64,000 bases of DNA from Acidobacteriota bacterium (GTDB taxonomy: Bacteria; Acidobacteriota; UBA6911), in the NCBI GenBank assembly GCA_963664705.1, contig OY761556.1, positions 640,001 to 704,000 on the forward strand, read 5' to 3'. Position 1 is the first letter of the stretch; each line of letters starts with the position of its first letter. The notes under the pieces were generated by a model that was not told the origin of the DNA, made no database searches, and worked only from the letters and a program-made list of their open reading frames with translations. The position numbers were made by a program, and so were the translations under genes. This document shows positions 43,727 through 54,298 of this stretch, one piece after another.

Positions 43727-43770
43727 AAAGCCACCATCCTTATTTCTTGTGGCTACATTGTGAGGAATCT

Positions 43771-44964
43771 ATGGGGATTGATAAACTGCAGTTTATTCTG
43801 GATGAAAAAGCCCGGCTGGAGAGAGAGGGGTTGCTGGTAAAGATCCGCACTATCGGGTCGCCACAGGGCGCTTGGATTACGGTAGATGAAAAAAAGGTTT
43901 TGAATCTCTGCTCAAACAACTATCTCGGGTTCGCCAACGATCCGCGGTTGAAACGGGCGGCTCAAAGTGCCATTGAGAGCTATGGTGTCGGACCGGCGGC
44001 CGTTCGTTCCATCGCGGGAACAATGACGCTCCATACCGAACTGGAAAAGAAGCTTGCCCGCTTCAAGCGGGTCGAAGCCACGATCTCCTTTCAGTCAGGA
44101 TTCAACTCCAACATCGCTACTGTCCCGGCCCTGGTGGGAAAGGATGATCTCATCTTCTCTGATGAACTGAACCATGCCTCCATTATTGATGGATGCCGTC
44201 TTTCGGGCGCTCCCATCATTCGATTCGAGCATTGCAATCCCGCATCGTTGGAACAGAAGCTGAAGGAAAATCGGCCCGGCGACGGACGCCGTGCGCTGAT
44301 TATCACCGATGGCGTTTTTTCAATGGATGGAGATATTGCCCCACTGCCGCCGCTGGTCGAACTGGCGGAAAAATTCGGTGCGATGATCATGGTGGACGAT
44401 GCCCATGGCGAGGGAGTCCTCGGCCAAGGGGGCCGCGGCGCCGTCGATCACTTCCATATGCACGGACGTGTGGATGTTGAGATCGGGACTCTTTCCAAGG
44501 CCTTCGGCGTCGTAGGCGGTTTTGTAGCGGGCAAGGAAATCGTCATCGATCATCTGCGTCAGAAGGGTCGACCCTTTCTCTTCTCCAGCGCGCTGCCGCC
44601 GGCAGACGTGGCTGCCTGCAGCGCCGCTGTGGATATTCTCGAATCATCGGACGATCTGGTTCAGAAACTCTGGAGCAATGCGCGCTACTTTAAGGACCGG
44701 ATGCGCAAGGCAGGATTTGATACGGGAAAGAGCGAGACTCCGATCACGCCGGTTATGCTGGGAGAGGCAAAAACGGCGCAGGAATTCAGCCGTCGCCTCT
44801 TTGCCGAAGGGGTGTTTGCGATGGCCATTGGTTTCCCGACGGTCCCGATGGGGAAGGCGCGCATCCGCGTCATGATCTCCGCCACACATTCCGAGCAGGA
44901 TCTCGACTACGGCGTAGAGAAGTTCACCCAGGTGGGCAGACAGCTTGGTCTTCTGACATCGTAG
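43771..44964 (+). CDS. kbl: Glycine C-acetyltransferase / AONS-family PLP enzyme
   Basis: [33 protein letters not shown] and GTLSKA. A BioF assignment cannot be excluded. Confidence 0.8.
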   Translation: MGIDKLQFILDEKARLEREGLLVKIRTIGSPQGAWITVDEKKVLNLCSNNYLGFANDPRLKRAAQSAIESYGVGPAAVRSIAGTMTLHTELEKKLARFKRVEATISFQSGFNSNIATVPALVGKDDLIFSDELNHASIIDGCRLSGAPIIRFEHCNPASLEQKLKENRPGDGRRALIITDGVFSMDGDIAPLPPLVELAEKFGAMIMVDDAHGEGVLGQGGRGAVDHFHMHGRVDVEIGTLSKAFGVVGGFVAGKEIVIDHLRQKGRPFLFSSALPPADVAACSAAVDILESSDDLVQKLWSNARYFKDRMRKAGFDTGKSETPITPVMLGEAKTAQEFSRRLFAEGVFAMAIGFPTVPMGKARIRVMISATHSEQDLDYGVEKFTQVGRQLGLLTS

Positions 44965-45043
44965 GGTAACCGGGAAGGCTGATGGTTCGCGTTGAACGTT
45001 CAACGAACTTGTTCACAGTTGATGGAACCGTCTCCACCCCACG

Positions 45044-45073
45044 GGGAGCGCCGGGCGAGACGCCGGCGCTCCC
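45044..45073. repeat. REP-like palindrome between convergent genes
   Basis: GGGAGCGCCGG-gcgagacg-CCGGCGCTCCC. Confidence 0.6.
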
Positions 45074-45083
45074 AGACTTCCGA

Positions 45084-47147
45084 TCATTCTCCTGATTTCT
45101 TGAAGCCATAGGCATCGCTGATATCGAGCGGCGGCATAGGGCCGTTCAACGGCTTCAGGTCTCTCACATACCAATCGAACCATGCGAGGTGCCGATACAG
45201 CATATCCGTTCTTCCCGGCTGCATGGAGTTCCCATGCCCCTCGCCCGGGTACTGTACCAGCCGTACCGCGGGATGGCCATTCAGCTTGAGTGCCCGGTAC
45301 AATTCAATGCTTTGCGATGGATGGACGCGCGTGTCCGCCGCGCCTCCCGCAATGAGAACGGCAGTTTTGCTCTGCTTCGCATAGTAAATCGGGCTGTGTT
45401 TAAGGCTGAAATCCCATGCGTCCTCGAGAGGTTTGCCGGAGTGAACATAGAGTTCTTCGTACGGGATGTCTGTCGTGAGCCGTTTGCTTGTGAGGTCGCT
45501 GATCCCCACAAACATGCAGACCGCACGCACCTTCGCCGTGTAATAGGTTGCAAACCAGGCTGCAGCAAAGCCTCCATAGGATCCCCCGCCCAACCCGATG
45601 CGGGCAGGATCCGCAAGCCCCGCTGAAACCAGGTAGTCGATTCCATCCGCAATGTCATCAAACTCCTTCCCGGCTGCGTCCTGGTAGCCGCGGAGCGCGA
45701 ATTCAACTCCATAGCCGGTGCTTGCCCCGTAATTGGGAAGGAAGACAAGGTATCCCTTGTTTGCGAGAACCTGCGAAGGCATAAAGTAATTGGTATGCCA
45801 TCCATTCAGGTGATTGGATTCGGGGCCGCCATGCACATTTACAATCAGAGGATACTGCCGGCCCTGTTTGTAATCGCGGGGATAGTAGAGGACTCCCTCG
45901 ATTTCCACACCGTCGCGCGCCTTGTAGCGAACGATTTCCTGCCGGGCCAGCGCTCGCGCATGGATCCAGGGGTTACTGTCTGTCAGGCGTTTGGGCGCAG
46001 TCTGCCCGGGCTGCCATAGATAGACGTCGCCCGGGACATCGGGTGCGGTGGCCGGGAACGCCACACGCTTGAAGCCGGACGCAATACTGGGAGCATCGAA
46101 AATAACTCCGGAGTCCTTTCCATGGAGAAGGATCTTGCGGGCGCCGCCATTCGCAGAGACAGAACTCAGCGTCGGCCAAGCCCCTTCCGATGAACGATAT
46201 AAAACGGTTGATGCATCCTGCCATCCAACCCAGTCGACATGGCCGCGAAAGCGCGGCTCCGTGAGATTCCGTGTCTCGCCGGTGCCTGCGTCAGCAATGA
46301 AAGCCTGGCTGATATTGTGGTCCTTTCTGTCGAGGGCGCTGTTATAGACAATGAACCGGTCATCCGGGCTCCAGGCAAAATTTCCAAGCTTGCCCGGATT
46401 GTCGACAAGGCGGCGCATCGCCTTTGTGGCAACGTCAATCGTGTGTATTTTCTGGAACATGTAACTGTGATCCACGAGGTTCAGCGGGGAAACGGCGGCC
46501 GCAATCACTGTACCGCCATGATTCCACTCGAAACCCCATACCGAGACGCCCTGGGTCAGTTGCGTAATCTCCCCGGCAGGATTGCGGGGCTCCACTGTAA
46601 CGAGGTAGAGGTTGCGATCCCGTAAATTCTCCTCGTAGAAAGTGAATCCATAGCCCTTCTTCTCCATGTCCTTTTCGCGCGCCGTCTGGGGCGCAACAGC
46701 CGTATACGCAATCCGTTTCCCGGATGGATCCCAACGAAACTCCAGAACGCTGGATTTTGCATTTGTCAGTTCCACCGCTTCGCCGCCATCCACGGGAATC
46801 ACCCAAACCTGGGTTTTGGAGTCTTTCCCACGAGCCATGCGGAATGCGATGGACTTTCCATCCGGGCTCCATTGCGGCGTGCTGACACTGACTTTTCCTG
46901 TAAGAAACGGCCGGATCTGTCCGGTGGTGGTGGAAACCAGGTACAGCTCGTTCCAGGCGCTTCCGGCCTCTTCCTCCGCGGCGCGAGGCACATTGAGCGT
47001 ATAGGCGATCCAGGCTCCATCCGGACTGATTTCAACGGTCGTTGCACGTTTGAGATTGAGTGCGTCAGCGGCCGAAAACGGTTCCGCTGCAAGTGCCGGG
47101 AGACAGGAGACCAAAAGCAATGCAAGTATCTGACAATATTTTTTCAA
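45084..47147 (-). CDS. S9 family (prolyl oligopeptidase-like) peptidase, secreted
   Basis: Signal peptide, WSPDG propeller repeats, VHGGP, GGGSYGG, DTRV and GEGHG. Confidence 0.93.
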   Translation of the reverse strand: MKKYCQILALLLVSCLPALAAEPFSAADALNLKRATTVEISPDGAWIAYTLNVPRAAEEEAGSAWNELYLVSTTTGQIRPFLTGKVSVSTPQWSPDGKSIAFRMARGKDSKTQVWVIPVDGGEAVELTNAKSSVLEFRWDPSGKRIAYTAVAPQTAREKDMEKKGYGFTFYEENLRDRNLYLVTVEPRNPAGEITQLTQGVSVWGFEWNHGGTVIAAAVSPLNLVDHSYMFQKIHTIDVATKAMRRLVDNPGKLGNFAWSPDDRFIVYNSALDRKDHNISQAFIADAGTGETRNLTEPRFRGHVDWVGWQDASTVLYRSSEGAWPTLSSVSANGGARKILLHGKDSGVIFDAPSIASGFKRVAFPATAPDVPGDVYLWQPGQTAPKRLTDSNPWIHARALARQEIVRYKARDGVEIEGVLYYPRDYKQGRQYPLIVNVHGGPESNHLNGWHTNYFMPSQVLANKGYLVFLPNYGASTGYGVEFALRGYQDAAGKEFDDIADGIDYLVSAGLADPARIGLGGGSYGGFAAAWFATYYTAKVRAVCMFVGISDLTSKRLTTDIPYEELYVHSGKPLEDAWDFSLKHSPIYYAKQSKTAVLIAGGAADTRVHPSQSIELYRALKLNGHPAVRLVQYPGEGHGNSMQPGRTDMLYRHLAWFDWYVRDLKPLNGPMPPLDISDAYGFKKSGE

Positions 47148-47165
47148 AGGAAAAACTCCCTAAAG

Positions 47166-47226
47166 GATTTCAGATTCCAGACTCAATCTGGAATCCGGAA
47201 TCTGGAATCTAGAATCTGAAATCTGA
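47166..47226. repeat. Intergenic heptamer tandem repeats
   Basis: Six AATC(T/C)(G/A)(G/A) units at 47185-47226, preceded by inverted copies GATTTCA/GATTCCA. Confidence 0.8.
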
Positions 47227-47236
47227 GATCGCGTAA

Positions 47237-48676
47237 TCATTCCATCGACACCCAGACCGATTTTACCTGTGTATATAGGTCAATGCCGTATTTCCCCAAT
47301 TCGCGGCCGAAGCCTGATTGTTTGTATCCGCCGAAGGGAGACTCCGGCGAGAGCATCCCGTAGGCATTGATCCAGACCGTGCCGGCCTGCATTTGTCTCG
47401 CAAGTTTGTGTGCTTTGGCAATATCCCGCGTCCAGATTCCGGCTGCGAGCCCATAAATCGTGGAGTTGGCCTTTTGCACGAGATCGTCGAAGTCCTCGAA
47501 CGAGAGCACGGTAAGGACGGGACCGAAGATCTCTTCCTGGGCAATCCGCATGGACGCATCGGCGGCATCGAAAATAGTGGGTTTTACAAAATAGCCTCGC
47601 TGGCCGCATCTTCCTCCGAGCAGAACGGGGAGGGCCCCTTCAGTCCGGCCGATCTCAACATATTGAAGCACGCGATCCATTTGGGTTTTGGAGACGATAG
47701 CGCCCAGCCGCGTTTTAGGGTCCTGGGGATCGCCCGGTTCCAGTTTTCGCGCTCTGTCTATGAGCCGTTCCAGCAGTGCGTCGTGCACCGGTTTTTCGAC
47801 AAACAGCCGGGACCCTGCATTGCAGACTTCTCCCTTGCCGTAAAAGATCCCATTGAACGCCCCCTTGGCGGCGGCATCAAGGTCGGAATCGGCGAATACA
47901 ATATTCGGCGACTTGCCGCCCAGTTCGAGAGAGACCTTTTTAAGCGTGTCCGCGGAGGTGCGGATGATTTCCTTGCCGACGGCAGTGCTCCCGGTGAAGG
48001 ATATTTTATCCACGCCGGGATGAGCGACGAGCGCGCGACCGGCCGTCTCGCCAAACCCCGGGATCACGTTGACCACGCCCTCGGGGAATCCGGCCTCCAG
48101 GCACAGTTCTCCCAGCCGAAGTCCTGTCAGCGGCGTCTCTTCGGCTATTTTGAGCACGGCCGTATTTCCACAGGCGAGTGCGGGAGCCAGTTTCCATGCA
48201 ACCATCAGCAGCGGGAAATTCCACGGCGTGATAATGCCGCAGACGCCGTAGGGTTCGCGTAATGTATAGTTCAGGAAGTTTCCGGGGACCGGGATGGTTT
48301 CGCCTTCAATCTTCGTACACCAGCCGGCGTAGTAATAAAAGGTTTCGGCGGCGGATGGGATGTCGACATACCTGGACTCGGTGATCGGCTTGCCGTTGTC
48401 GAGGCTTTCCGTCATAGCCAGTTCGTCGGCGTTTTCCAGGATGAGGTCGCCCAGCTTCCAGAGCAGCTTGGATCGCTCGCGGGCTTTCATGTTCTGCCAG
48501 GATTTGTGCTGAAAAGCTGTGCGCGCGGCCTGCACGGCGGCATCCACGTCCGGGGCATCTGCCTCGGCTATGTCTGCGATGACCTCTTCGGTTGCCGGGT
48601 TGATGGTCGGAAAAGTTTTGCCCGACCGGGCATCCTGGAACCTGCCTCCAATAAGCAGCTGTGTTGGTCCCCCCAT
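47237..48676 (-). CDS. NAD-dependent aldehyde dehydrogenase
   Basis: PWNFP, FTGST, LELGGKSP, GEVCNAGSR, EEIFGP and FGGYKQSG. Confidence 0.96.
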   Translation of the reverse strand: MGGPTQLLIGGRFQDARSGKTFPTINPATEEVIADIAEADAPDVDAAVQAARTAFQHKSWQNMKARERSKLLWKLGDLILENADELAMTESLDNGKPITESRYVDIPSAAETFYYYAGWCTKIEGETIPVPGNFLNYTLREPYGVCGIITPWNFPLLMVAWKLAPALACGNTAVLKIAEETPLTGLRLGELCLEAGFPEGVVNVIPGFGETAGRALVAHPGVDKISFTGSTAVGKEIIRTSADTLKKVSLELGGKSPNIVFADSDLDAAAKGAFNGIFYGKGEVCNAGSRLFVEKPVHDALLERLIDRARKLEPGDPQDPKTRLGAIVSKTQMDRVLQYVEIGRTEGALPVLLGGRCGQRGYFVKPTIFDAADASMRIAQEEIFGPVLTVLSFEDFDDLVQKANSTIYGLAAGIWTRDIAKAHKLARQMQAGTVWINAYGMLSPESPFGGYKQSGFGRELGKYGIDLYTQVKSVWVSME

Positions 48677-48851
48677 TTACGCCTCCTTCCATATCTTGCA
48701 AAATACACCTTAGCCATGGAAGGCGTGAAACAAAAGCGGAAAACACCCAAGGCCGGATTTGAAATATTCTTCATCGCGGGGTTCCGGGCAAGACAGGCTT
48801 TTAACCGGCAAATCTGAAGGGTATCATTAGCTTTCAAGATAAGGGTAGACC

Positions 48852-51800
48852 ATGAAAAAATGTTCATTGCTGTTGCTGCTTCTGTCCACGATTTTCATTG
48901 TGCCTGTTTTCTCTCAGACGGAAACGAGGCTGCTGCGTTTTCCCGCCATTTACGGCAACCAGATCGTCTTCAGCTATGCCGGGGACCTGTATACGGTTCC
49001 AGCCAGCGGTGGAACCGCCCGCAAACTGACCAATGATTTGGGCTACGAGATGTTTGCCCGCTTTTCGCCCGATGGAAAGCGGCTGGCGTTTACGGCTCAA
49101 TACGACGGGAACACCGAGGTCTACCTGATGCCTGCAGAGGGAGGGATTCCCAAAAGGCTGACCTATACCGCCACCCTGGATCGTGATGAGGTGTCCGATC
49201 GCATGGGGCCGAACAACATCGTGATGGGCTGGAAGGATGACGGCCAGATCGTTTATCGATCCCGTCGGACGCAGTGGAACGATTTCAAGGGAGATCTTCT
49301 TCTGGCTTCCACGGAAGGAGGGCTGTCCGAGCAGTTGCCGCTGCCGCGCGGCGGTTTCTGTTCCTTTTCGCCGGATAAGAAGAAACTGGCGTACAACAGA
49401 GTTTTCCGCGAATTCCGCACCTGGAAACGCTACCGCGGCGGCCAGGCGGATGATGTCTGGATCTACGACTTCGACACGAAACAGACAGTCGACATTACCA
49501 ACAACCCCGCGCAGGACATAATTCCGATGTGGAGCGGGAACAGGATTTACTTTATTTCGGATCGCGATGAAAACAAGCGCTTCAACCTGTATGTCTATGA
49601 CCTTGGAAACAAGCAGACGCAAAAGCTGACCAGTTTTGTCGATTTTGACATCAAGTTCCCGTCTCTCGGCAACAACGCCATTGTTTTTGAAAATGGCGGA
49701 TATATTTACAAATTCGATCTGAAGAGCCAGAAGACGGCAAAAGTTTCGATCTCGGTGGATGATGACCAGGTGGGCAGTCGCGGCGGCTGGGTGGATGTCA
49801 GCCGGAGTATTACGAACTATGAGATTTCTCCCGACGGCAGCCGCGCACTGTTCGGCGCACGCGGAGAAATCTTCACCGTCCCGGCCAAGTATGGAAATAC
49901 GCGCAACCTGACCAATACCTCAGGTGTTCAGGAAAGGGCTTCGAAGTGGTCGCCGGACGGCAAATGGATTGCGTACATATCCGATGCATCCGGCGAGGAT
50001 GAGATTTACCTGGCGCCGCAGGACGGATCCGGCCCGGCAAAGCAGCTTACCAAGGGGGCCGACACCTACAAGTTCTATCTGGAATGGTCGCCGGACAGCC
50101 GGAAGCTGCTTTGGGCCGACAAAAAACTCCGCCTGCAATATGTGGATGTCGAATCCGGCGGGGTGACGCTGGTGGTTCAGGCAAAGAAATGGGAGATCGA
50201 AGAGGCGGTATGGTCGCCCGACAGCCAGTGGATATCCTACTCGAGGCAGGAAGACGATAAGATGCAAACCATCTATCTCTACTCTTTGGCGAGCAAGGAA
50301 ACCATGGCGGTGACGGATGGATGGTTTGAATCCGGCGGCGCCGCATTCAGTGCGGATGGGAAGTACCTGTTCTTTGTTTCCGACCGGACCTTCAATCCGA
50401 CTTACGGTCAGACGGAATTCAATTACAGCTACCAGGATATGTCGAAGATTTACCTGGTAACGCTTGCGAAGGATACGAAGTCACCATTTGAACCCAAGAG
50501 CGACGAGGTAAAGATCAAGGAAAGCGCCACGCCGCCGGCAGGCGATGCCGCGGAACCGGGGAAGAAGCCGGAAGCTCCCAAGACGGTCACCGTCAAGGTG
50601 GATGCGGATGGCCTGCAGAGCCGGATCGCCGAGCTTCCGGTTCAGGCCGGACGCTACAATCACCTGGTTTCGGTCGGAAGCAAGCTCTACTACATGCACC
50701 GAAGCGGCCGCCAGGGCAGTCAGAAGCTGGCGGTGTACGACCTGGAAAAACTGAAAGAGACGGAACTGGCGGATGCCAACGGATATGAGATATCGGCGGA
50801 TTCCAAAAAAATGCTGATTGGGCAAGGCGGGTCGTACGCCATTGTGGACCTTCCGCAATCGAAGCCGGATATGAGTGAGCGGCTCAACCTATCGGATATG
50901 AAATTCAAGCTGGACCGCGAGGCGGAATGGAAGCAGATCTACAATGAATCCTGGCGGGAAATGCGCGATTTCTTTTACGCCCCCAACATGCACGGCGTGG
51001 ATTGGGAGAAAGTGCGGAGAAATTATGAGCCGCTGCTCCCCTTCGTCAGGCATCGCGCGGATCTCACGTATATCATTGGTGAGATGATAGGAGAGCTGAA
51101 CGCCGGTCATACCTATGTCGGTGGTGGAGATTTGCCGAAGGTCGAGCGGGTCAAGCTGGGGCTGCTCGGGGCGGTGATTGATCGGGATGCGGCTTCGGGC
51201 TATTACCGCATTAGAAAGATATTGAAGGGGCAGAATTGGGATAAGGATGTGCGGTCTCCGCTCACGGAAATCGGTGTCGATGCCAGGGAAGGAGACTACA
51301 TTCTGGCGGTGGATGGGAAGTCGACGGCCCAGATGAGGGATATTTACGAATCTCTGGTAAACACGGTCGGGAAGCAGGTCCGGCTGAAGCTGAATGCCAG
51401 GCCACAAGCCGAGGGAAGCCGGGAGACCATCGTTGTGCCGATTGCCAAAGAGGGCCCGTTGCATTACTACGAATGGGTTCAGGGGAACATTGAAAAGGTC
51501 AACAAAGCCACCAATGGCAAGGTGGGATACATTCACGTGCCGGATATGGGAGTCGAAGGGCTGAATGAATTCGTCAAGTACTTCTATCCGCAGCTCAGAA
51601 AGGAAGCGTTGATCATCGATGTCCGCGGGAACGGCGGCGGGAATGTTTCGCCGATGCTGATTGAGAGGCTGCGCCGCGAGGCTGCCATGATTGACATCGC
51701 GCGGAATGCGACGCCGAATTTTGACCCGGAAGCGATCATATCGGGTCCCCGAGTGTGCCTGTTGGATGAATTTTCCGCATCGGATGGTGACATCTTCCCT

Positions 51801-52118
51801 TATCGTTTCAGGTATTACAAGTTGGGGAAGCTGATCGGGAAACGCTCATGGGGCGGAGTTGTGGGCATCCGCGGGACGCTGCCGATTGTGGATGGCGGCT
51901 TTCTGAACAAACCGGAGTTTTCCCGGTATGATATGGCCGGCAAAGAGTGGATCATGGAAGGTCACGGGGTTGATCCGGACATTGTAGTTGATAATGATCC
52001 AGCCAAGGAGTTTGCCGGGATCGATGAACAGCTGGATAAGGGGATTGAAGTGATTCTGCAGGAGATGAAAGCCAAACCGGTCACGATTCCCGGACCGCCG
52101 CCTTACCCGAAAAAGTAG
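48852..52118 (+). CDS. Tricorn-like S41 protease
   Basis: Propeller repeats, ELNAGHTY, PDZ region, DVRGNGGG, SASDGD and GVDPDI. Confidence 0.95.
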   Translation: MKKCSLLLLLLSTIFIVPVFSQTETRLLRFPAIYGNQIVFSYAGDLYTVPASGGTARKLTNDLGYEMFARFSPDGKRLAFTAQYDGNTEVYLMPAEGGIPKRLTYTATLDRDEVSDRMGPNNIVMGWKDDGQIVYRSRRTQWNDFKGDLLLASTEGGLSEQLPLPRGGFCSFSPDKKKLAYNRVFREFRTWKRYRGGQADDVWIYDFDTKQTVDITNNPAQDIIPMWSGNRIYFISDRDENKRFNLYVYDLGNKQTQKLTSFVDFDIKFPSLGNNAIVFENGGYIYKFDLKSQKTAKVSISVDDDQVGSRGGWVDVSRSITNYEISPDGSRALFGARGEIFTVPAKYGNTRNLTNTSGVQERASKWSPDGKWIAYISDASGEDEIYLAPQDGSGPAKQLTKGADTYKFYLEWSPDSRKLLWADKKLRLQYVDVESGGVTLVVQAKKWEIEEAVWSPDSQWISYSRQEDDKMQTIYLYSLASKETMAVTDGWFESGGAAFSADGKYLFFVSDRTFNPTYGQTEFNYSYQDMSKIYLVTLAKDTKSPFEPKSDEVKIKESATPPAGDAAEPGKKPEAPKTVTVKVDADGLQSRIAELPVQAGRYNHLVSVGSKLYYMHRSGRQGSQKLAVYDLEKLKETELADANGYEISADSKKMLIGQGGSYAIVDLPQSKPDMSERLNLSDMKFKLDREAEWKQIYNESWREMRDFFYAPNMHGVDWEKVRRNYEPLLPFVRHRADLTYIIGEMIGELNAGHTYVGGGDLPKVERVKLGLLGAVIDRDAASGYYRIRKILKGQNWDKDVRSPLTEIGVDAREGDYILAVDGKSTAQMRDIYESLVNTVGKQVRLKLNARPQAEGSRETIVVPIAKEGPLHYYEWVQGNIEKVNKATNGKVGYIHVPDMGVEGLNEFVKYFYPQLRKEALIIDVRGNGGGNVSPMLIERLRREAAMIDIARNATPNFDPEAIISGPRVCLLDEFSASDGDIFPYRFRYYKLGKLIGKRSWGGVVGIRGTLPIVDGGFLNKPEFSRYDMAGKEWIMEGHGVDPDIVVDNDPAKEFAGIDEQLDKGIEVILQEMKAKPVTIPGPPPYPKK

Positions 52119-52127
52119 CCGGGCTAT

Positions 52128-52180
52128 CGGCCACAAATTCCACGAATTATTTTCGTGTCCATTCGTGAAATTTGTGGCCG
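52128..52180. repeat. Long inverted repeat (terminator or REP-like) after tricorn
   Basis: CGGCCACAAATTCCACGAAT...ATTCGTGAAATTTGTGGCCG, 19 of 20 positions matched. Confidence 0.65.
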
Positions 52181-52284
52181 CAATGCAAAACTGGCTTCAC
52201 AATCAAGCCGAGGCATGCTAACCTCTTGTGCGTTGTTCGGGGCAGGAGGTCTGTGTCTGCGAGCAGCATAATTTCCTCAAGAGT

Positions 52285-52360
<76 letters not shown>

Positions 52361-52365
52361 TTTAG

Positions 52366-52378
52366 AATCAATAACTTA
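52366..52378 (+). promoter_or_regulatory. IHF-like binding site next to the tRNA 3' end
   Basis: AATCAATAACTTA matches WATCAANNNNTTR. Confidence 0.55.
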
Positions 52379-52431
52379 CAGGCAATAATCAAAATACAAA
52401 ATTTGTTCTGGATCACGCCGGGATCATAGCC

Positions 52432-53943
52432 TCAGTCTTCGTCCCCCTTTGCCTTCTTGCAGCCGGGGAATTTGTAGCGCAACTCGATGCCATGCAGATC
52501 GGCATCAGTTGTCGTCTGCTGTCCTTCGGTGGTGACTTCGGACATTGTCTTGCCAGTCGAACTGATAATCTTGTCCAGCTCAGGGCAGTTCTCAAACTCT
52601 CCGATGTAAGTGAACATTTTGCCGTACAACTTACCCTGCAAGCCCTTCAGGATTTTAATGGAAAAGTGCCCCTGGGCGTCTGTTTGCGCTCTTGAAATCC
52701 CGTCTATTTCCGGCTGCTTCGTGTCAGCTATAAACTCGACAAATTCCTTAACTACGGGCTTCCCGTCTGAATACAAAAACACTCCATCTGCCGTTATTGT
52801 TTCGGATTGTGCAGGGACGTGAATATCATAATTTTCTCTGACATCTCCCTCCCCCATATTGACTATGGTTGCCTTTTCCTTCTCAAAGGTGTTTGGGTAA
52901 TAAAGCGTGGGAAACGGCTCAGTGCTACTTATTTTGTTGTCCTTGTTAACAACAATCAGATATTTCCCCGGAGGCATGTCTTTTAGTGCATAACTGCCAT
53001 CTTCTTCCGTGCAATCAAAGACACGGAAATATTTCGAAACCTTATCTGCCACCGGAATCAAATCCATGCAAACATCTTTCATCGGCATGCCTTTTGATGA
53101 GATGACCTTTCCATTGATACTGTTGTTTGCGTTGAAAACGAAGCTAACGCTAACACACCCATTTTCTTTAAGATTAACCATGACCGAATTCGGATTTCCT
53201 GAGGTGTTGCGCATCAATCCCCCAAATCCGGAGAACATGGGAAAACGGATTTTCAAACCTGGCGGAACTTCTGGCGTTACCGTGTACTGATCTGGAGGCA
53301 GATCATAGATTTCGTAAACGCCATTCTGGTCAGTCATAGCTTCATACGTTTTGTTTTTGCCTGCAATTTTGACTCTGGCTCCAGCAAAACTGCCAGTCTT
53401 TGTGAAACCCTTCTCCGGTGTGTCCTCGTCCCGCGACAATTCACCTGATAACCGCGTTCTGCCTAAACTATTCGGCAATCCTTCTAAGAAAAGCAGATCC
53501 TCAGCTGCATCTGCAACAAACACATTTCTATTGCATGGAGGGATTACCCACATTCCAAGCTCTTTGTTGAATTGAGCATAAAGCAGTAGTCGGGCCCCGA
53601 TCTCGAATTTTCCGGAGCAGCTATTATCTTCACGAGCGAGGACTATTTCTTTCTGGGGTTTGCCTTTATATGTTTTCTCGATCTCTACGTAAATCTTCCA
53701 TCCCCTCGCCTTGATAAGCTCCTCTTTTGGGTTGAGATCAGTTAAGGATTGAGCTGTATAGGTTCTGATTACTGGAACATCTTCGACCCTGGTCACAGTG
53801 CCGACAAAAATGCTCTCGGCAGAAGCGTAGGCCTGGCAAACTGAGGCCCAACCTGCACAGGAGCATCCTAGGACTAATTGCTGATGGCAAAGCATGGCTA
53901 TCGAGGCCGAAAAGAGAAGGATCAATGTTTTTACTGTTCTCAC
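52432..53943 (-). CDS. Secreted protein: TIMP/NTR-like N-terminus plus carboxypeptidase-regulatory-like domains
   Basis: Signal ending G|CSC...IFVGTV; TDQNGVYEIYDLPPDQYTV and TEEDGSYALKDMPPGKY repeats. Confidence 0.7.
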   Translation of the reverse strand: MRTVKTLILLFSASIAMLCHQQLVLGCSCAGWASVCQAYASAESIFVGTVTRVEDVPVIRTYTAQSLTDLNPKEELIKARGWKIYVEIEKTYKGKPQKEIVLAREDNSCSGKFEIGARLLLYAQFNKELGMWVIPPCNRNVFVADAAEDLLFLEGLPNSLGRTRLSGELSRDEDTPEKGFTKTGSFAGARVKIAGKNKTYEAMTDQNGVYEIYDLPPDQYTVTPEVPPGLKIRFPMFSGFGGLMRNTSGNPNSVMVNLKENGCVSVSFVFNANNSINGKVISSKGMPMKDVCMDLIPVADKVSKYFRVFDCTEEDGSYALKDMPPGKYLIVVNKDNKISSTEPFPTLYYPNTFEKEKATIVNMGEGDVRENYDIHVPAQSETITADGVFLYSDGKPVVKEFVEFIADTKQPEIDGISRAQTDAQGHFSIKILKGLQGKLYGKMFTYIGEFENCPELDKIISSTGKTMSEVTTEGQQTTTDADLHGIELRYKFPGCKKAKGDED

Positions 53944-54298
53944 GTGTCCCTCCTGTTCAATGAAGTGCTGATCTTACGTGAGCTTGCCGCCCCTTGTTCG
54001 AAAGCAATACTTAAAGCTGCAACCTGGTGGGATTCCAATATATTAGATGCCTTTCGCTCCCATTTGTTCAAAAACAAAGAATCTGGACACCCATGATTTG
54101 TTCGGAAAACCGAGCGAGGAGTTTCGGGAAAGATCCCGGTAGAAAAGCTCCGACTTTCGATGCGAGCTGTTGGAGAATACCATAAGAAGAATTGTGATGT
54201 TCTTCGTAGTTGATGAGCTATTCGAGAGTATTTTACGCGGGTAGGCAGGCGGACATTGGATTAATCCCGAAAATGCGCTGAGTCCAGAATACTCCGGA

